A stretch of DNA of 64,000 bases, taken from NCBI GenBank assembly GCA_038087875.1, contig JAXLNO010000170.1:62001-126000 (forward strand), read 5' to 3'. Source of the DNA: Malacoraja senta (lineage: Eukaryota). Of the stretch, positions 13,063 through 26,861 are shown one piece after another (within the stretch, counting starts at the first letter, position 1; every line of letters starts with the position of its first letter). The notes beneath the pieces were generated by a model. It ran no database searches, was not told the DNA's origin, and saw only the letters and a list, made by a program, of their open reading frames with translations. The translations under genes and the position numbers were made by a program.

Positions 13063-13380
13063 AGAGGCTTTAAGCTTTAAGAGTTTGTAAGAGGCTTTAA
13101 GCTTTAAGAGTCTTTAAGAGTGTTTAAGTGGCTTTAAGAGGATTTAAGAGGCTTTAAGCTTTAAGAGGTTGTAAAAGGCTTTACGATGTTCTAAGAGGCA
13201 TTGAGATGTTCTATGAGGCTTTGATAAGTGCTAAGCTTTAAGAGGCTTTAAGTTTTAAGAGGTTTTAAGAGGCTTTGAGGCTTTAAGATGTTCTGATGTT
13301 CTAAGAGGCTTTAAGATGTTCTAAGAGGCTTTGATAAGTTCTAAGCTTTAAGAGGTTCTGAGGCTTTGAGAGGCTTTAAG
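13063..13380. repeat. (TTTAAGAGGC)n minisatellite, right part
   Basis: Same degenerate unit as 6988-7066. Confidence 0.9.
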
Positions 13381-13477
13381 ATATGGATATGGAGGGATAT
13401 GGATTCATGAGTTCATAGGTTCTATCAGCAGAATTAGGCCCTTCGGCCCATCAAGTCTACTCTGCCATTCAATCATT

Positions 13478-13945
13478 AGAGATTAGAGAGATTAGAGATT
13501 AGAGATTCCTTTATTTGTCATTCAGACCTTTCGGTCTGAACGAAATTTCGTTGCCTGCAGTCATACATATAATAATAAATGACAAAACACACAATAAACA
13601 CAAATTAACATCCACCACAGTGAGTTCACCAGGCACCTCCTCACTGTGATGGAGGCAAAAGTCTTAAAGTCTCTGTCTCTTCCCGCTTTCTTCTCCCTCT
13701 GCGCTGAGGCGATCCAGGCTTCTGATGCTGTGGCCCCGCCGGGCGACGGTAAGCCAGTCCAGCGGCCGAATCCGTGCTCCGCGACGGGCCGGCTCAAACT
13801 CCGCGGCCCGGGGTGGTCGAAGCTGCCGACGCTGCCGCCCTCCAGTCCAGCGGATGCAGCTGTAGTTGCGTGAGCCCCAGAAAAACAGGTCACCAACCTG
13901 TGACCTGCGCGCTCCCGACGATGTCGTCCACTGGGCCCGCGGCCA
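13478..13945 (-). mobile_element. GC-rich SINE-like retroposon (same family as 4974-5756)
   Basis: (TTAGAGA)n tail, TTTATT, and the shared CCACCACAGTGAG..CTCACTGTGATGG hairpin core. Confidence 0.65.
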
Positions 13946-14204
13946 ATCATGAATGAGATGCAGGCAAAATTTAGTTTAACATGTTATCTGACGGTTCAGA
14001 CTGTGTGGGCCAAAGGGCCAGTTTAGTTTACTTTAGTTTGGTTTAGTTTAGTTTAGTTTGGAGATACAGTGCGGAAACAGGCCCATTGGCTCACTGAGTC
14101 CGCACTGACCAGCGATCCATTCTAAATGCCAGTGAACACAAGCCCAGTCGATCCATTCTTTCATCATATGTCAGTCCCGCCATCCCGGGAATTAACCTGG
14201 TGAG

Positions 14205-14722
14205 CCTATGCTATTGAGGGAGTGCAGAGTACGTTCACCAGGTTCATTCCCGAGATGGCCGGATTAACATATGATGAAAGAATGGATCGACTGCGCTTGT
14301 ATTCACTGGAATTTAGAAGCATGAAGGGGATCTTATAGAAACATATAAAATTCTTAAGTGATTGAACAAGCTAGATGCAGGAAAATTTTCCTGATGTTGG
14401 GGGAGTCCAGCACAAGGGGTCACAGTTTAAGAATAAGGGGTCGGCCATTTAGGACTGAGATGAGGAAAAACGTTTTCACCCAGAGAGTTGTGAATCTGTG
14501 GAATTCTCTGCCACATAAGGCATTGGAGGCCAATTCACTGGATGTATTCAAGAGAGAGTTAGATTTAGCTCTTAGGGCTAATGGAATCAAGGGATATGGG
14601 GAAAAAGAAGGAACAAGATACTGATTCTGGATGATCAGCCATGATCATATTGAGTGGCGGTGCTGGCTCGAAGGGCCGAATGGCCTACTCCAGCACCTAT
14701 TTTCTATGTTTCTATGTTTCTA
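14205..14722 (+). mobile_element. CR1 3' fragment nested in an antisense V-SINE
   Basis: TRGHSL..FTQRVVNLWNSLP; (TTCTATGT)n tail; the SINE resumes at about 14723. Confidence 0.8.
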
Positions 14723-15787
14723 TTCCCACACACTAACACTATCCTACACACACGAGGGACAATTTACACATACCAAACCGATTAACCTGCGTACCTGTAC
14801 GTCTTTGGAGTGTGGGAGGAAACCAAGATCTCGGAGAAAACCCACGCAGGTCACGGGGAGAAAGTACAAACTCCATGTAGACAGTACCCGTAGTCGAGAT
14901 CGAACCCGGGTCTCTGGCGCTGTGAGGCAGCAATTCTACCACTGCGCCACCCTGTGGCCATTTTGTCCTTGTTCCATACTGTTCTAGGTTCAACATTCTA
15001 CACTTCCCACATTCCCATCAACTCCCCAAGTTTCCACCACTCACTTGCAATCCAGGGATATTTACAGCAGCCAAATAACTTGCCAACAAACTCATGAAAG
15101 GCCGTTGATCTGAAAAATATTATTTTGAAACAAGGAACTGCGGATGCCGGTTTACCAAGGAAAGACACAAAGTGCTGGAGTAACAGGAAGGGGGGAGAGA
15201 GGGTGGGGGAATATGGAGGGTGGAGGGTGTAGAGTGGATGTGGAGAGGCTGTTTCCACTAGTGAGAGAGTCTAGGACTAGAGGTCATAGCCTCAGCATTA
15301 AAGGATGTTCTTTTCGGAAGGAGATGAGGAGGAATTTTTTTAGTCAGAGGGTGGTGAATCTGTGAAATTCTTCGCCACAGAAAGCTGTGGAGGCCAAGTC
15401 AGTGGTTATATTTAAGGCGGATATAGATAGATTCTTGATTAGCATGGGTATCAGAAGGCAGGAGAATGAGGTTAGGAGGGAGAGACAGATCAGCCATGAT
15501 TGAATGGAGGAGTAGACTTGATGGGCCGAATGGCCCAATTGTGCTCCTATCACTTATGACCTTCTGACATAACCCAGCGGGTCAGGCAACATCTCTGGAG
15601 AACATGGATAGGTGCTGTTTCGGTTGGGACCTTTCTACAGATGTTTAGGAAGGAAATATAGATGCTGGTTTACACTGAAGATAGACACAAAAAGCTGGAA
15701 TAACTCAGCCGGTCAGGCAACATCTCTGAATGGGTGATGTTTCGGGTCGAGACCCTTCTTCAGACTGGTTAGGGATAATAGAAATGT

Positions 15788-17122
15788 GAGATTTGAAGAG
15801 AAAGGAACATCGGCCAAGTGGGATGTTTTTAAACGTGTGCTGACAAAAGCTCAGGATGTGTACGTCCCCGTTAGAGTGAAGGGCAAAGCAGACAAACGTA
15901 AGGAAGCTTGGCAGGCGAGGGAAATTGAGGCGTTGGTCAAAAACAAGAAGGATGCATGGGACAGGTATAGGCAGCTGGGATCAAGTGCATCCCTGGAGGA
16001 GTTTAAGGAACTAAGGAGTAAACTGAAAAAGGAGACCAAAGGGGCAAAAAGGGCAGTCAGTGTTACCGTCGAAGAAGTACTGAAGGTACTGTCGTGTATG
16101 AAGGTAGACAAATCTCCAGGGCCTGATCAGATATATCTGAGGATATTACGGGAAACTAGAGAGGAAATTGCAGGAGCCCTGGTTGAAATTTATGAGTCGT
16201 CCTTAAATACAGGAGAGTTGCTGGAAGACTGGAGGGTGGCAAATGTTGTGCTTCTTTTCAAGAAGGGCTGCATGGAAAATGCTGGGAACTATAGGCCGGT
16301 GAGCTTAACATCTGTAGTTGGTAAGTTACTGGAGAGTATTCTGAGGGATAGGATATACAGGCATTTGGATGGGCAAGAGCTGATTAGGGATAGTCAGCTT
16401 GGTTTTGTACGTGGGAGGTCGTGTCTCACAGAGTCGATAAGGGCAGAGTTGTAGATGATGTGTACATGGATTTCAATAAGGCATTCGACAAGGTTGCGCA
16501 TGGTAGGCTGCTCTGGAAGGTTAGATCACTTGGGATCCAAGGAGGGATGGCTGAATTGATAGCAATTGGCTCCATGGAAGGAAGCAGAGGGTTGCTTCTC
16601 GCATTGGAGGCCTTTGACTAGTGGTGTGCTTCAGGGTTTGGTGCTGGGCCCGTTACTGTTTGTCATCTACATCAATGATTTGGATGAGAACATACAGGGC
16701 AAGATTAGCAAGTTTGCTGATGATACAAAAGTTAGTGGTTTTGCAGATAGTGAAGATGGTTGTGAAAGATTACAGCAGGATCTGGATCGATTGGCCAGGC
16801 TGGCGGAGGAATGGTTGATGGAATTTAATACAGAGAATGGTGAGGTGTTGCATTTTGGGACGTCTAACAAGGGCAGGACCTACACAGTAAATGGTAGGGC
16901 TCTAGGTAGTGTTGTACAGAAGAGGGATCCATGAGAATAGGTGCATGGTTCCTTGAAGGTCGAGTCGCAGGTAGATAAAGTGGTCAAAAAGGCTTTGGGC
17001 ACTTTGGCCTTCATCAGTCAGAGTATTGAGTATAGAAGTTGGGAGATCATATTGCAGTTGTATAAGACGTTGGTGAGATCGCATTTAGAATATTGTGCTC
17101 AGTTCTGGGCACCATGTTATAG
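15788..17122 (+). mobile_element. CR1 LINE ORF2 remnant with internal deletions
   Basis: KSPGPD, NYRPVSLTS, DFNKAFDKV, KFADD; lies inside a Penelope-derived repeat. Confidence 0.88.
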
Positions 17123-17189
17123 GATAGTAACAATGATAGAGGAAACAGGCCATTGTTAGCTGTTTGTTTGGTGAAAATGAGAAGTTAGT

Positions 17190-17345
17190 TAATGAAAGTC
17201 CAGTGCTTGTAAATGTAAGTCCAGTGCTTGATAATGGAAGACCAGTGCCTGTAAAAATAAATCCAGTGCTTGATAATTTAAGTCTAGTGCTTATAAATGT
17301 AAGTCTAATGCTCATAAATGTAGGTCGAGCAGTGCTTGTTAATTG
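17190..17345. repeat. ~21-bp minisatellite (AATGTAAGTCCAGTGCTTGTA)
   Basis: About 7 degenerate units; the same unit recurs at 17630-17697, 27113-27158 and 27395-27420. Confidence 0.85.
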
Positions 17346-17797
17346 CCGAGTTACTGAACGTGTAACAAGGAAGTGGAGATGTTGGTTTAAACTGAAGATA
17401 GACGCAAAATGCTGGAGTATGTCTCGGGTACGCGTGCGTGTGTCTCGTGTGCGCGCAACTTGCAGATCGTCCGGGGATTTTTCACTCTGACTGGGGCGTT
17501 GAGGGAGCGCAGTTTAGACGCGGAGTCTACAGAAGTTGCCAATTTCACAACTCGGGGAAGTTCAGGAAGGATAATTTTTTAGACCATGCAACGAAGAAAC
17601 GATACTTTGCTGTGGCAGACGCGAAAATGTAGATCCAGCTCTTGTGAATGTAAGTCCAGCGCTTGTTAATGTAAGTCCAGCGCTTGTTAATGTAAGATAG
17701 ACACAAAATGCTGGAGTAACTCAGCGGGACGGGCAGCATTTCTGGAGAACATGAATGGGGGACGTTACGGGTCGAGACCCTTCTTCAGACTGGTTAG

Positions 17798-20700
17798 CTC
17801 AGAAAAGTAAAAGTGGTAGGCAGACAAATCCAGGGCAAAAATTGAAAAGGGCCATTTTTCAACATAATTGTATAAGGGGTAAGAGTGTTGTAAAAACAAG
17901 CCTAAAGGCTTTGTGTCTCAATGCAAGGAGCATTCGTAATAAGGTGGATGAGTTGAATGTGCAGATAGCTATTAATGACTATGATATAGTTGGGATCACG
18001 GAGAAATGGCTCCAGGGTGACCAAGGCTGGGAGCTGAACATCCAGGGATATTCAATATTCAGGAGGGATGGACAGAAAGGAATAGGAGGTGGGGTAGCGT
18101 TGCTGGTTAGAGAGGAGATTAACGCAATAGAAAGGAAGGACATTAGCTTGGAGGATGTGGAATCGATATGGGTAGAGCTGCAAAACACTAAGGGGCAGAA
18201 AACAATAGTGGGAGTTGTGTACAGGCCACCTAACAGTAGTAGTGGAGTTGGGGATGGCATCAAACAGGAAATTATAAATGCGTGCAACAAAGGTAAAACC
18301 GTTATAATGGGTGACTTCAATCTACATATAGATTGGGTGAATCAAATTGGCAGGGGTGCTGAGGAAGAGGATTTCTTGGAATGTAAGCGGGATAGTTTTC
18401 TAAATCAACATGTAGAGGAACCAACGAGAGAGCAGGCTATTCTAGACTGGGTATTGAGTAATGAAGAAGGGTTAGTTAGCAGTCTTGTTGTGCGTGGCTC
18501 CTTGGGCAAGAGTGACCATAATATGGTTGAGTTCTTCATTAGGATGGAGAGTGACATAATTAATTCAGAAACAAGGGTTCTGAACTTAAAGAAAGGTAAC
18601 TTTGAGGGTATGAGACGTGAATTGGCCAAGATAGACTGGCAATTGATTCTTAAAGTGTTGACGGTGGATATGCCATGGAAGGCATTTAAAGGCTGCATGG
18701 ATGAAATACAACAATTGTTCATCCCAGTTCATCCCAGTTTGGCAAAAGAATAAATCAGGGAAGATAGTGCATCCGTGGATAACAAGGGAAATCAGGGATA
18801 GTATCAAAACAAAGGATGCAGCATACAAATTAGCCAGAAAAAGCAGCCTACCAGAGGACTGGGAGAAATTTAGAGTCCAGCAGAGGAGGACAAAGGGTTT
18901 AATTAGGAAAGGGAAAATAGATTATGAAAGAAAACTGGCAGGGAACATAAAAACTGACTGCAAAAGTTTTTATAGATATGTGAAGAGAAAAAGATTAGTT
19001 AAAACAAATGTAGGTCCCTTGCAGTCAGAAACAGGTGAATTGATCATGGGGAACAAGGACATAGCAGACCAATTGAATAACTACATTGGTTCTGTCTTCA
19101 CTAAGGAAGACTTAATTAATCTGCCGGAAATAGCAGGGGACCGGGGGTCAAATGAGATGGAGGAACTGAGTGAAATCCAGGTTAGCCAGGAAGTGGTGTT
19201 AGGTAAATTCAATGGATTAAAGGCCGATAATTCCCCAGGGCCAGATAGGCTGCATCCCAGAGTACTTAAGGAAGTAGCCCCAGAAATAGTGGATGCATTG
19301 GTGATAATTTTGCAAAACTCTTTAGATTCTGGAGTAGTTCCTGAGGATTGGAGGGTAGCTAATGTAACCCCACTTTTTAAAAAGGGAGGGAGAGAGAAAA
19401 TGGGGAATTACAGACCAGTTAGTCTAACATCGGTAGTGGGGAAACTGCTAGAGTCAGTTATTAAAGATGGGATAGCAGCACATTTGGAAAATGGTGAAAT
19501 CGTTCGACAAATTCAGCTTGGATTTATGAAAGGTAAATCATGTCTGACGAATCTTATAGAATTTTTCGAGGAAGTAACTAGTAGAGTGGATAAGGGAGAA
19601 CCAGTGGATGTGTTATATCTGGACTTTCAGAAGGCTTTCGACAAGGTCCCACATAAGAGATTAGTATACAAACTTAAAGCACACGGTATTGGGGGTTCAG
19701 TATTGATGTGGATAGAGAACTGGCTGGCAGACAGGAAGCAAAGAGTAGGAGTAAATGGGTCCTTTTCAGAATGGCAGACAGTGACTAGTGGGGTACCGCA
19801 AGGCTCAGTGCTGAGACCCCAGCTATTTACAATATATATTAATGATTTGGACGAGTGAATTGAATGCAACATCTCCAAGTTTGCGGATGACACGAAGCTG
19901 GGGGGCAGTGTTAGCTGTGAGGAGGGTGCTAGGAGGCTGCAAGATGACTTGGATAGGCTGGGTGAGTGGGCAAATGCATGGCAGATGCAGTATCATGTGG
20001 ATAAATGTGAGGTTATCCACTTTGGTGGCAAAAACAGGAAAGTAGACTATTACCTGAATGGTGGCCGATTAGGAAAAGGGGAGATGCAACGAGGCCTTGG
20101 TGTCATGGTACACCAGTCATTGAAAGTAGGCATGCAGGTGCAGCAGGCAGTGAAGAAAGTGAATGGTATGTTAGCATTCATAGCAAAAGGATTTGAGTAT
20201 AGGAGCAGGGAGGTTCTACTGCAGTTGTACAGGGTCTTGGTGAGACCACACCTGGAGTATTTTGGTCTCCTAATCTGAGGAAGGACATTCTTGCCATAGA
20301 GGGAGTACAGAGAAGGTTCACCAGATTGATTCCTGGGATGTCAGGACTTTCATATGAAGAAAGACTGGATGGACTCGGCTTGTACTCGCTAGAATTTAGA
20401 AGATTGAGGGGGGATCTTATAGAAACTTACAAAATTCTTAAGGGGTTGGACAGGCTAGATGCAGGAAGATTGTTCCCTATGTTGGGGAAGTCCAGAACAA
20501 GGGGTCACAGTTTAAGGATAAAGGGGAAATCTTTTAGGACCGAGATGAGAAAAAAAAATTCACACAGAGAGTGGTGAATCTCTGGAATTCTCTGCCACAG
20601 AATGTAGTTGAGGCCAGTTCATTGGCTATATTTAAGAGGGAGTTAGATGTGGCCCTTGTGGCTAAAGGGATCAGGGGGTATGGAGAGAAAGCAGGTACGG

Positions 20701-20798
20701 GATACTGAGTTGGATGATCAGCCATGATCATATTGAATGGCGGTGCAGGCTCGAAGGGCCGAATGGCCTACTCCTGCACCTATTTTCTATGTTTCTAT
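17798..20798 (+). mobile_element. Near full-length CR1 ORF2 (APE + RT), inactivated
   Basis: APE motifs CLNARSI, YRPP, GDFN, SDH; RT motifs PGPD, KAFDKV, KFADD; 10-bp tandem duplication frameshift at 18720-18739 and stop at 19856-19858; TSD GTTAG inside a Penelope-derived repeat. Confidence 0.95.
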
Positions 20799-20952
20799 GT
20801 TAGGGATAAGGTGAACGAGAGATATAGACGGTGATGTGGAGAGATAAAGAACAATGAATGAAAGATATGCAAAAAAGTAACGATGATAAAGGAAACAGGC
20901 GATTGTTAGCGGGTTGTAGGATGAAATCGAGAAGCTGGTTAGTGTAGTGTCA

Positions 20953-20985
20953 GACTGAAGAAGGGTTTCGGCCCGAAACGTTGCC
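20953..20985 (+). ncRNA. Minimal type-I hammerhead-like motif of a Penelope-derived repeat
   Basis: CTGAAGA-A-GGGTT(TC)GGCCC-GAAA-CGTT: core boxes, stem II and palindromic ACGT stem III are present; stem I is not evident. Confidence 0.55.
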
Positions 20986-21399
20986 TATTTCCTTCGCTCC
21001 ATAGATGCTGCTGCACCCGCTGAGTTTCTCCAGCATTTTTGTGTACCTTCGATTTTCCAGCATCTGCAGTTCCTTCTTTAACTGCTGCTCTCTAGGGACA
21101 ATTTACCGAGGCCAATTAACCTACAAACCTGCACGTCTTTGCAGTGTGGGAGGAAACCGGAGTACCCGCAGAAAAACCCACGCAGGCAGGTCAGGGGGAG
21201 AACGTACAAACTCCATACAGACAGCACGGAGCTCTGGCGCTGTGAGGCAGCAACTCTACCACTGCGCCACCGTGCACCACTCGCTAAAGTCTCTGAATTC
21301 AAAGACAGCCCAAAGGGGTCTACGGATTCTCCACCAGAGGAGGTGTTTGATTATTTGATCTTTCCACCATCCACACCCAATTAAAACTCCTTCAAAGTG

Positions 21400-21900
21400 T
21401 AGTGTAGGACGGAACTGCAGATGCTGGTTTAAACCAGAGATGGACACAAAATGCTGGAGTAACTCAGCGGGTCAGGCAGCATCTCTGGAGGGAAGGAATG
21501 GGTGGCGTTTCCGGTCGAGACCCTTCTTCAGACCGGTCAGGGATTAGGGAAATGAGGGATATAGACGGTGATGTGGAGAGATAAAGAACAATGAATGAAA
21601 GATATGCAAAAAAGTAAGGATGATAAAGGAAACAGGCCATTGTTAGCTGTTTGTTGGGTGAAAACGAGAGCTGGTGTGACTTGGGTGGGAGAGGGACAGA
21701 GAGAGGGAATGCCGGGGCTACCTGAAGTGGTAGAAAGCAATGTTCATACCACTGGGCTGTAAGCTGCCCAAGCGAAATATGAGATGCTGTTCCTCCAATT
21801 TCCGTTTAGCCTCACTCTGACAATGGAGGAGACCTAGGACAGAAAGGTATGCGTGGGAATGAGAAGGAGAATTAAAGTGTTTAGCAATCGGGGAGATCAA
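21400..21900 (-). mobile_element. Penelope 3' fragment
   Basis: ORF 21718-21900(-) PIAKHFNSPSHS..LGSLQPSGMNI. Confidence 0.8.
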
Positions 21901-22204
21901 TTCAGTTTAGTTTATTGTCACCTGTACCGAGGTACAGTGGAAAGCTTTTGTTGCGTGCTAACCAGTTAGCGGAAAGTCTATACATGATTACAATCGAGCC
22001 ATTCACAGTGTACAGATGCATGATAAAGGGAATAACGTTTAGTGCAAGGTAAAGCCAGCAAAGTCCAATCAAAGATAGTCCGAGGGTCACCAATGAGGTA
22101 GATAGTAGTTCAGCACTGCTTGCTACAACTAACTAACTAGCGCTGTCCCACTGTACGAGTTCATTCAAGTCCAGTTGAGAGTCAAGTCTTAACATAGAAA
22201 CATA

Positions 22205-22548
22205 GATGCAGGAAAAATGTTCCCAATGTGGGGCGCGTCCAGAACCAGGGGCCACAGTCTTAGAATAAAGGGGATGTCATTTAAGACTGAGGTGAGAAAA
22301 AACTTTTTCACCCAGAGAGTTGTGAATTTATGGAATTCCCTGCCACAGAGGGCAGTGGAGGCCAAGTCACTGGATGGATTTAAGAGAGAGTTAGATAGAG
22401 CTCTAGGGACTAATGGAGTCAAGGGATATGGGGAGAAGGCAGGCACGGGTTATTGATAGGGGACGATCAGCCATGATCACAATGAATGGTGGTGCTGGCT
22501 CGAAGGGCCGAATGGCTTCCTCCTGCACCTATTGTCTATGTTTCTATG
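22205..22548 (+). mobile_element. CR1 3' fragment
   Basis: ORF 22217-22456 and CR1 3'UTR; an antisense relative lies at 28426-28735. Confidence 0.8.
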
Positions 22549-25187
22549 ATAAGTTCTCCCGAGTTTGCCCTGATTCGAACTCAGAGAACTGTTCTAACTG
22601 CAAGTGATGTCAAGATTAAAAATGATTACAGTCCTAAATGGCACAGCTGATAGAGCCACTGCCTCACAGCGCCAGGGATCTCGGGTGCTGTCTGTGAACA
22701 TTTGATTGATTTTTAAAATTTACTTTGAAGACACAGCGCGAAAAACAGGCCCTGCGGCCCACCGAGTCCGCACCGACCAGCGATCCCCGCACACTAACGT
22801 GATCCTAGGGAGAATTTACAATTTACCGCAGCCAATTAACCTATAAACCTGCATGTCTTTGCAGTATGGGGGGGAACCGGTGATCCCGGAGAAATCCACG
22901 CAGGTCACGGGGAGAACGTACAAACTCCATACAGGCAGCACCCTTAGTCGGGATCGAACCCGGGTCTCTGGCACTGTGAGGCAGCAACTCTAACACTACG
23001 CCACAGTTCCGCCCTAAATTGATAGATATTTTATTGGTACCGTGAAATTCTTAGTTTTGCATGCAGTATGCAAAGAGGAGCCACCTAAAGGGTGCCGACA
23101 AAGCAACAAAAGTATTTAATGTAGTCTTCCTCCCCTTGACTGACGCTCAACACATGTGTTCAAATGTGATCTGAGAAATAGCAAGGACATTATTTCCAAA
23201 ATGTATTCAAATCTTATTTCATAAAAGGTGATTTCTGGTAATCCTAGTCAATGGCACTCAAAATAGTTTAGTTTCAAGATAGAGCGTGGCAGCAGGCCCT
23301 TCGGCCCACTGGGTCTGTGCTGACCAGCGATCACCCATACACTAGTTCTCATAATTGCATAAGTGATGGGAGCAGAATTAGACCATTCGGCCCATCAAGT
23401 TTACTCTGCCATTCAATCATGGCTAATCTATCTTTCCCTCTCACCCCATTCTCCTGCCCTCTCCTAGTAACCCCAGATGTCTGTACTATCTTTGCCTTAA
23501 AAATATCCATTGACGGCCTCCACAGACTTCTGTGGCAATGAATTCCAGAAATTCACCACCCTCTGACTAAATAAATTCCTCATCCTCTCCTTCCTAAAGG
23601 AACGTCCTTTAATTTTGAGGCTATGACCTCTGATCCTAGACTCTCCCACTAGCAGAAACATCCTCTCCACATCCAGTCTATCCAGGCCTTGACCTCGTGG
23701 GTTTTCTCCGAAATCTTCGATTCCCTCCCACATTCAAAAATCGTACAGGTTTGTAGGCGAATTAGCTTGGTATAAATGTAAAATAAAATGTCCCTGAAGT
23801 GTGTAGGATAGTGTTACTGTGCGGGGATCGCTAGTCTGTGTGGACTCGGTGGGCCGAAGGGCCTGCTTCCGTGCTGTATCTCTAAACTAGACTAAATTGG
23901 GCATCTTGGTCGGCATGGATTGGATGGGACGAAGGGCCTGTTTCCGTGTTGTATGCCTCTATAATTCTATAACAGTACAGCACGGGAACAGGCCCTTCGG
24001 CCCACAATGTCTGTGCCAAACATGATGTCTCCTCTGCCTGCACGTGATCCATATCCCTCCATTCCCTGCACTGCCATGTCCCTATCCAAAGGCCTCTTAA
24101 ACGCTTCCATCATATCTGCCTCCACCACCACCCTGGCAGCACGTTCCAGGCACTCACCACCTTCTGCCCAGCACATCTCCTTTAAACATTGCCCCCTCAC
24201 CTTGAAGCTATGCCCTCTAGTCTTTGACATTTCCATCCTGGGAATAATGTTCTGACTGTCGACCCAATCTGGGCCTCTTATCATTTTATATTCTTCTCTC
24301 AGCCTGCCACACTCCAGAGGAAACAATCCAACTGTGTCCAACTTCTCCTTGTTACTGTGCAGGAAAGAACTGCAGACGCTGGTTTAAATCGGAAGTAGAC
24401 ACAGAATGCTGGAGTAACTCAGTCTTAAGAAGGGTCCCGACCCGAAACGTCACCCATTCCCTCTCTCCAGAGATGCTGCCTGTCCCGTTGAGTTACTCCA
24501 GCATTTTGTGTCTCTCTCCTTGTTACTGATGCCCTCTAAAATTGGGTGGCACAGTGGCGCAGCGGTAGAGTTGGTGCCTCACAGTCAGATACCCGGGTTC
24601 GATGCTGACCGGGTCCAATCCTTACACTCCAAAGACGTGGAGGTTTGTAGACTAAGCGGTAGAGGAGAACAAAGTGGGAATAGACAGAGACTTTAAGACT
24701 TTTGCCTCCATCACAGTGAGGAGGTGCCTGGTGAACTCACTGTGGTGGATGTTAATTTGTGTTTTGTTATTTATTATATGTATGACTGCAGGCAACGAAA
24801 TTTCGTTCAGACCGAAAGGTCTGAATGAAAATAAAGGAATTTTATCTTATCTTATCTTATCTTAATTGGTTTCTGTAAGAATTGTAAACTGTCCCGAGTG
24901 TGTAGCGTGATGGCTAGTTACGCTGCGCCGCTCTGCCATCCAATTTTAAAGGGCATTAGTAACAAGGAGTAACTCAGCGGATCGGCACAGACTCGGTGGG
25001 ATGAAGGGCCTGTTAGCTCCGCGCAATTTCTGGAAACGAAACTAAAATAACCTCTGACAAACCTATTTCCGCACCCTCTTCAAATGTGTGACGAGGGAGC
25101 CCAGTGCAGATTGCGTGTGTGTGTGTGTGTGTGTGCATGTGTGTGCGCCTGCAAGCCCTTGCTTACGGTCACGCGTACAGTTTGTGT

Positions 25188-26861
25188 CTCCTATCCCCCT
25201 TGGTTAAATCCCTCCCTACCTATGTTCAAGACACCTCAGACACTCTCCGTCGTCTGCGCGCATTCCACTCTCTAGGCCCTCACCCCCTCATCTTCACCAT
25301 GGACGTCCAGTCATTGTACACCTCCATCCCCCACCAGGATGGTCTCGAAGCCCTCTGTTTTTTCCTCGACCGAAGAAGCAACCTATACCCGGCCACTGAC
25401 ACCCTCCTCCGCCTAGGTCCTTACCCTCAATAACTTCTCATTTGACTCCTCCCATTTCCTCCAAATACAAGGCGTAGCTATGGGCACACGCATGGGCCCC
25501 AGCTACGCCTGCCTCTTTGTCGGGTACGTAGAACAATCCTTGTTCAATGCGTACCAGGGCCCCATCCCCGACCTCTACCTCCGCTATATCGATGAATGTT
25601 TTGGTGCCACATCCTGCACCCACACACAACTGACTGACTACATCCGCTTCACCACCAACTTCCATCCGGCACTCAAATACACCTGGACCATTTCCGACAC
25701 TTCCCTACCATTCCTTGACCTCACTATCTCCATCGCAGGTGATAGACTTCTTACCGACATCCACTACAAACCTACCGACTCCCATGGCTATCTGGACTAC
25801 ACTTCTTCCCACCCTGCTTCCTGTAAGGACTCCATCCCCCACTCCCAATTCCTCCGTCTACGCCGCATCTGCTCCCAGGATGAGGCGTTCCACACCAGGG
25901 CATCCGAAATGTCCTCATTCTTCAGGGAACGGGGGTTCCTCTCCTCCACCATAGATGAGGCTCACACCAGGGTCTCTGCCATACCCCGCAACACTGCTCT
26001 CTCTCCCCATCCCCCCACTCTCAACAAGGGCAGGGTCCCCCTAGTCCTCACCTTTCACCCCACCAGCCGTCACATACAACAAGTGATCCTCCGTCAGTTT
26101 TGCCACCTCCAACGTGACCCCACCACTCGCCACATCTTCCCATCTCCCCCCATGTCTGCCTTCCGCAAAGACCGCTCCCTCCGTAACTCCCTTGTCAATT
26201 CTTCCCTTCCCTCCCATACCACCGCCTCCCCGGGTACTTTCCCTTGCAACCGCAAGAGATGCAACACTTGTCCTTTCACCTCCCCCCTCGACCCCATTCA
26301 AGGACCTAAGCAGTCGTTCCAGGTGCGACAGAGGTTCACCTGCATCTCCTCCAACCTCATCTATTGCATCCGCTGCTCTAGATGCCAGCTGATCTACATC
26401 GGTGAGACCAAGCGGAGGCTTGGCGATCGTTTCGCCGAACACCTCCGGTCGGTCCGCAATAACCAACCTGACCTCCCGGTGGCTCAGCACTTCAACTCCC
26501 CCTCCCATTCCGTGTCTGACCTCTCTGTCCTGGGTCTCCTCCATGGCCACAGCGAGCAACACTGGAAATTGGAGGAAATGCACCTCATATTCCGCTTGGG
26601 CAGTCCACATCCTGGGGGCTTGAACATTGAATTCTCCCAATTCTGCTAGCCCTTGCTGTCCCCTCCCCTTCATCAGCCCTCTGGTTGTCTCCTCCCCTCC
26701 CCCAGCCCTCAGGCTCCTCCTCCGCCTTTTTTCCTTTTTTCCTTTCTTCTCCCCACCCCCTATCAGTCTGAGGAAGGGTTTCGGCCCGAAACATTGCCTA
26801 TTTCCTTCGCTCCATAGATGCTGCTGCACCCTCTGAGTTTCTCCAGCATTTTTGTGTACCA
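25188..26861 (+). mobile_element. Penelope-like element (RT + GIY-YIG), 5'-truncated
   Basis: 11-bp TSD ACAGTTTGTGT at 25177-25187 and 26862-26872; RT motifs MDVQSLYTSIP, GVAMGTRMGP, RYID(E); hammerhead-like motif at about 26768-26797. Confidence 0.93.
25480..26649 (+). pseudogene. Penelope RT C-terminal half + GIY-YIG endonuclease
   Basis: CNRKRCNTC zinc motif; NLIYCIRCSRCQLIYIGETKRRLGDRFAEH; frameshifted from upstream ORF 25104-25433. Confidence 0.9.

Noticed and set aside
13615..13650. RAG heptamer CACAGTG near an Ig-like exon
   Set aside because: Part of a retroposon hairpin; no correctly spaced nonamer, and the Ig exon ends in a splice donor, not an RSS.
17190..17345. CRISPR-like array
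   Set aside because: Contiguous degenerate tandem units with no spacers; eukaryotic context, no cas genes.
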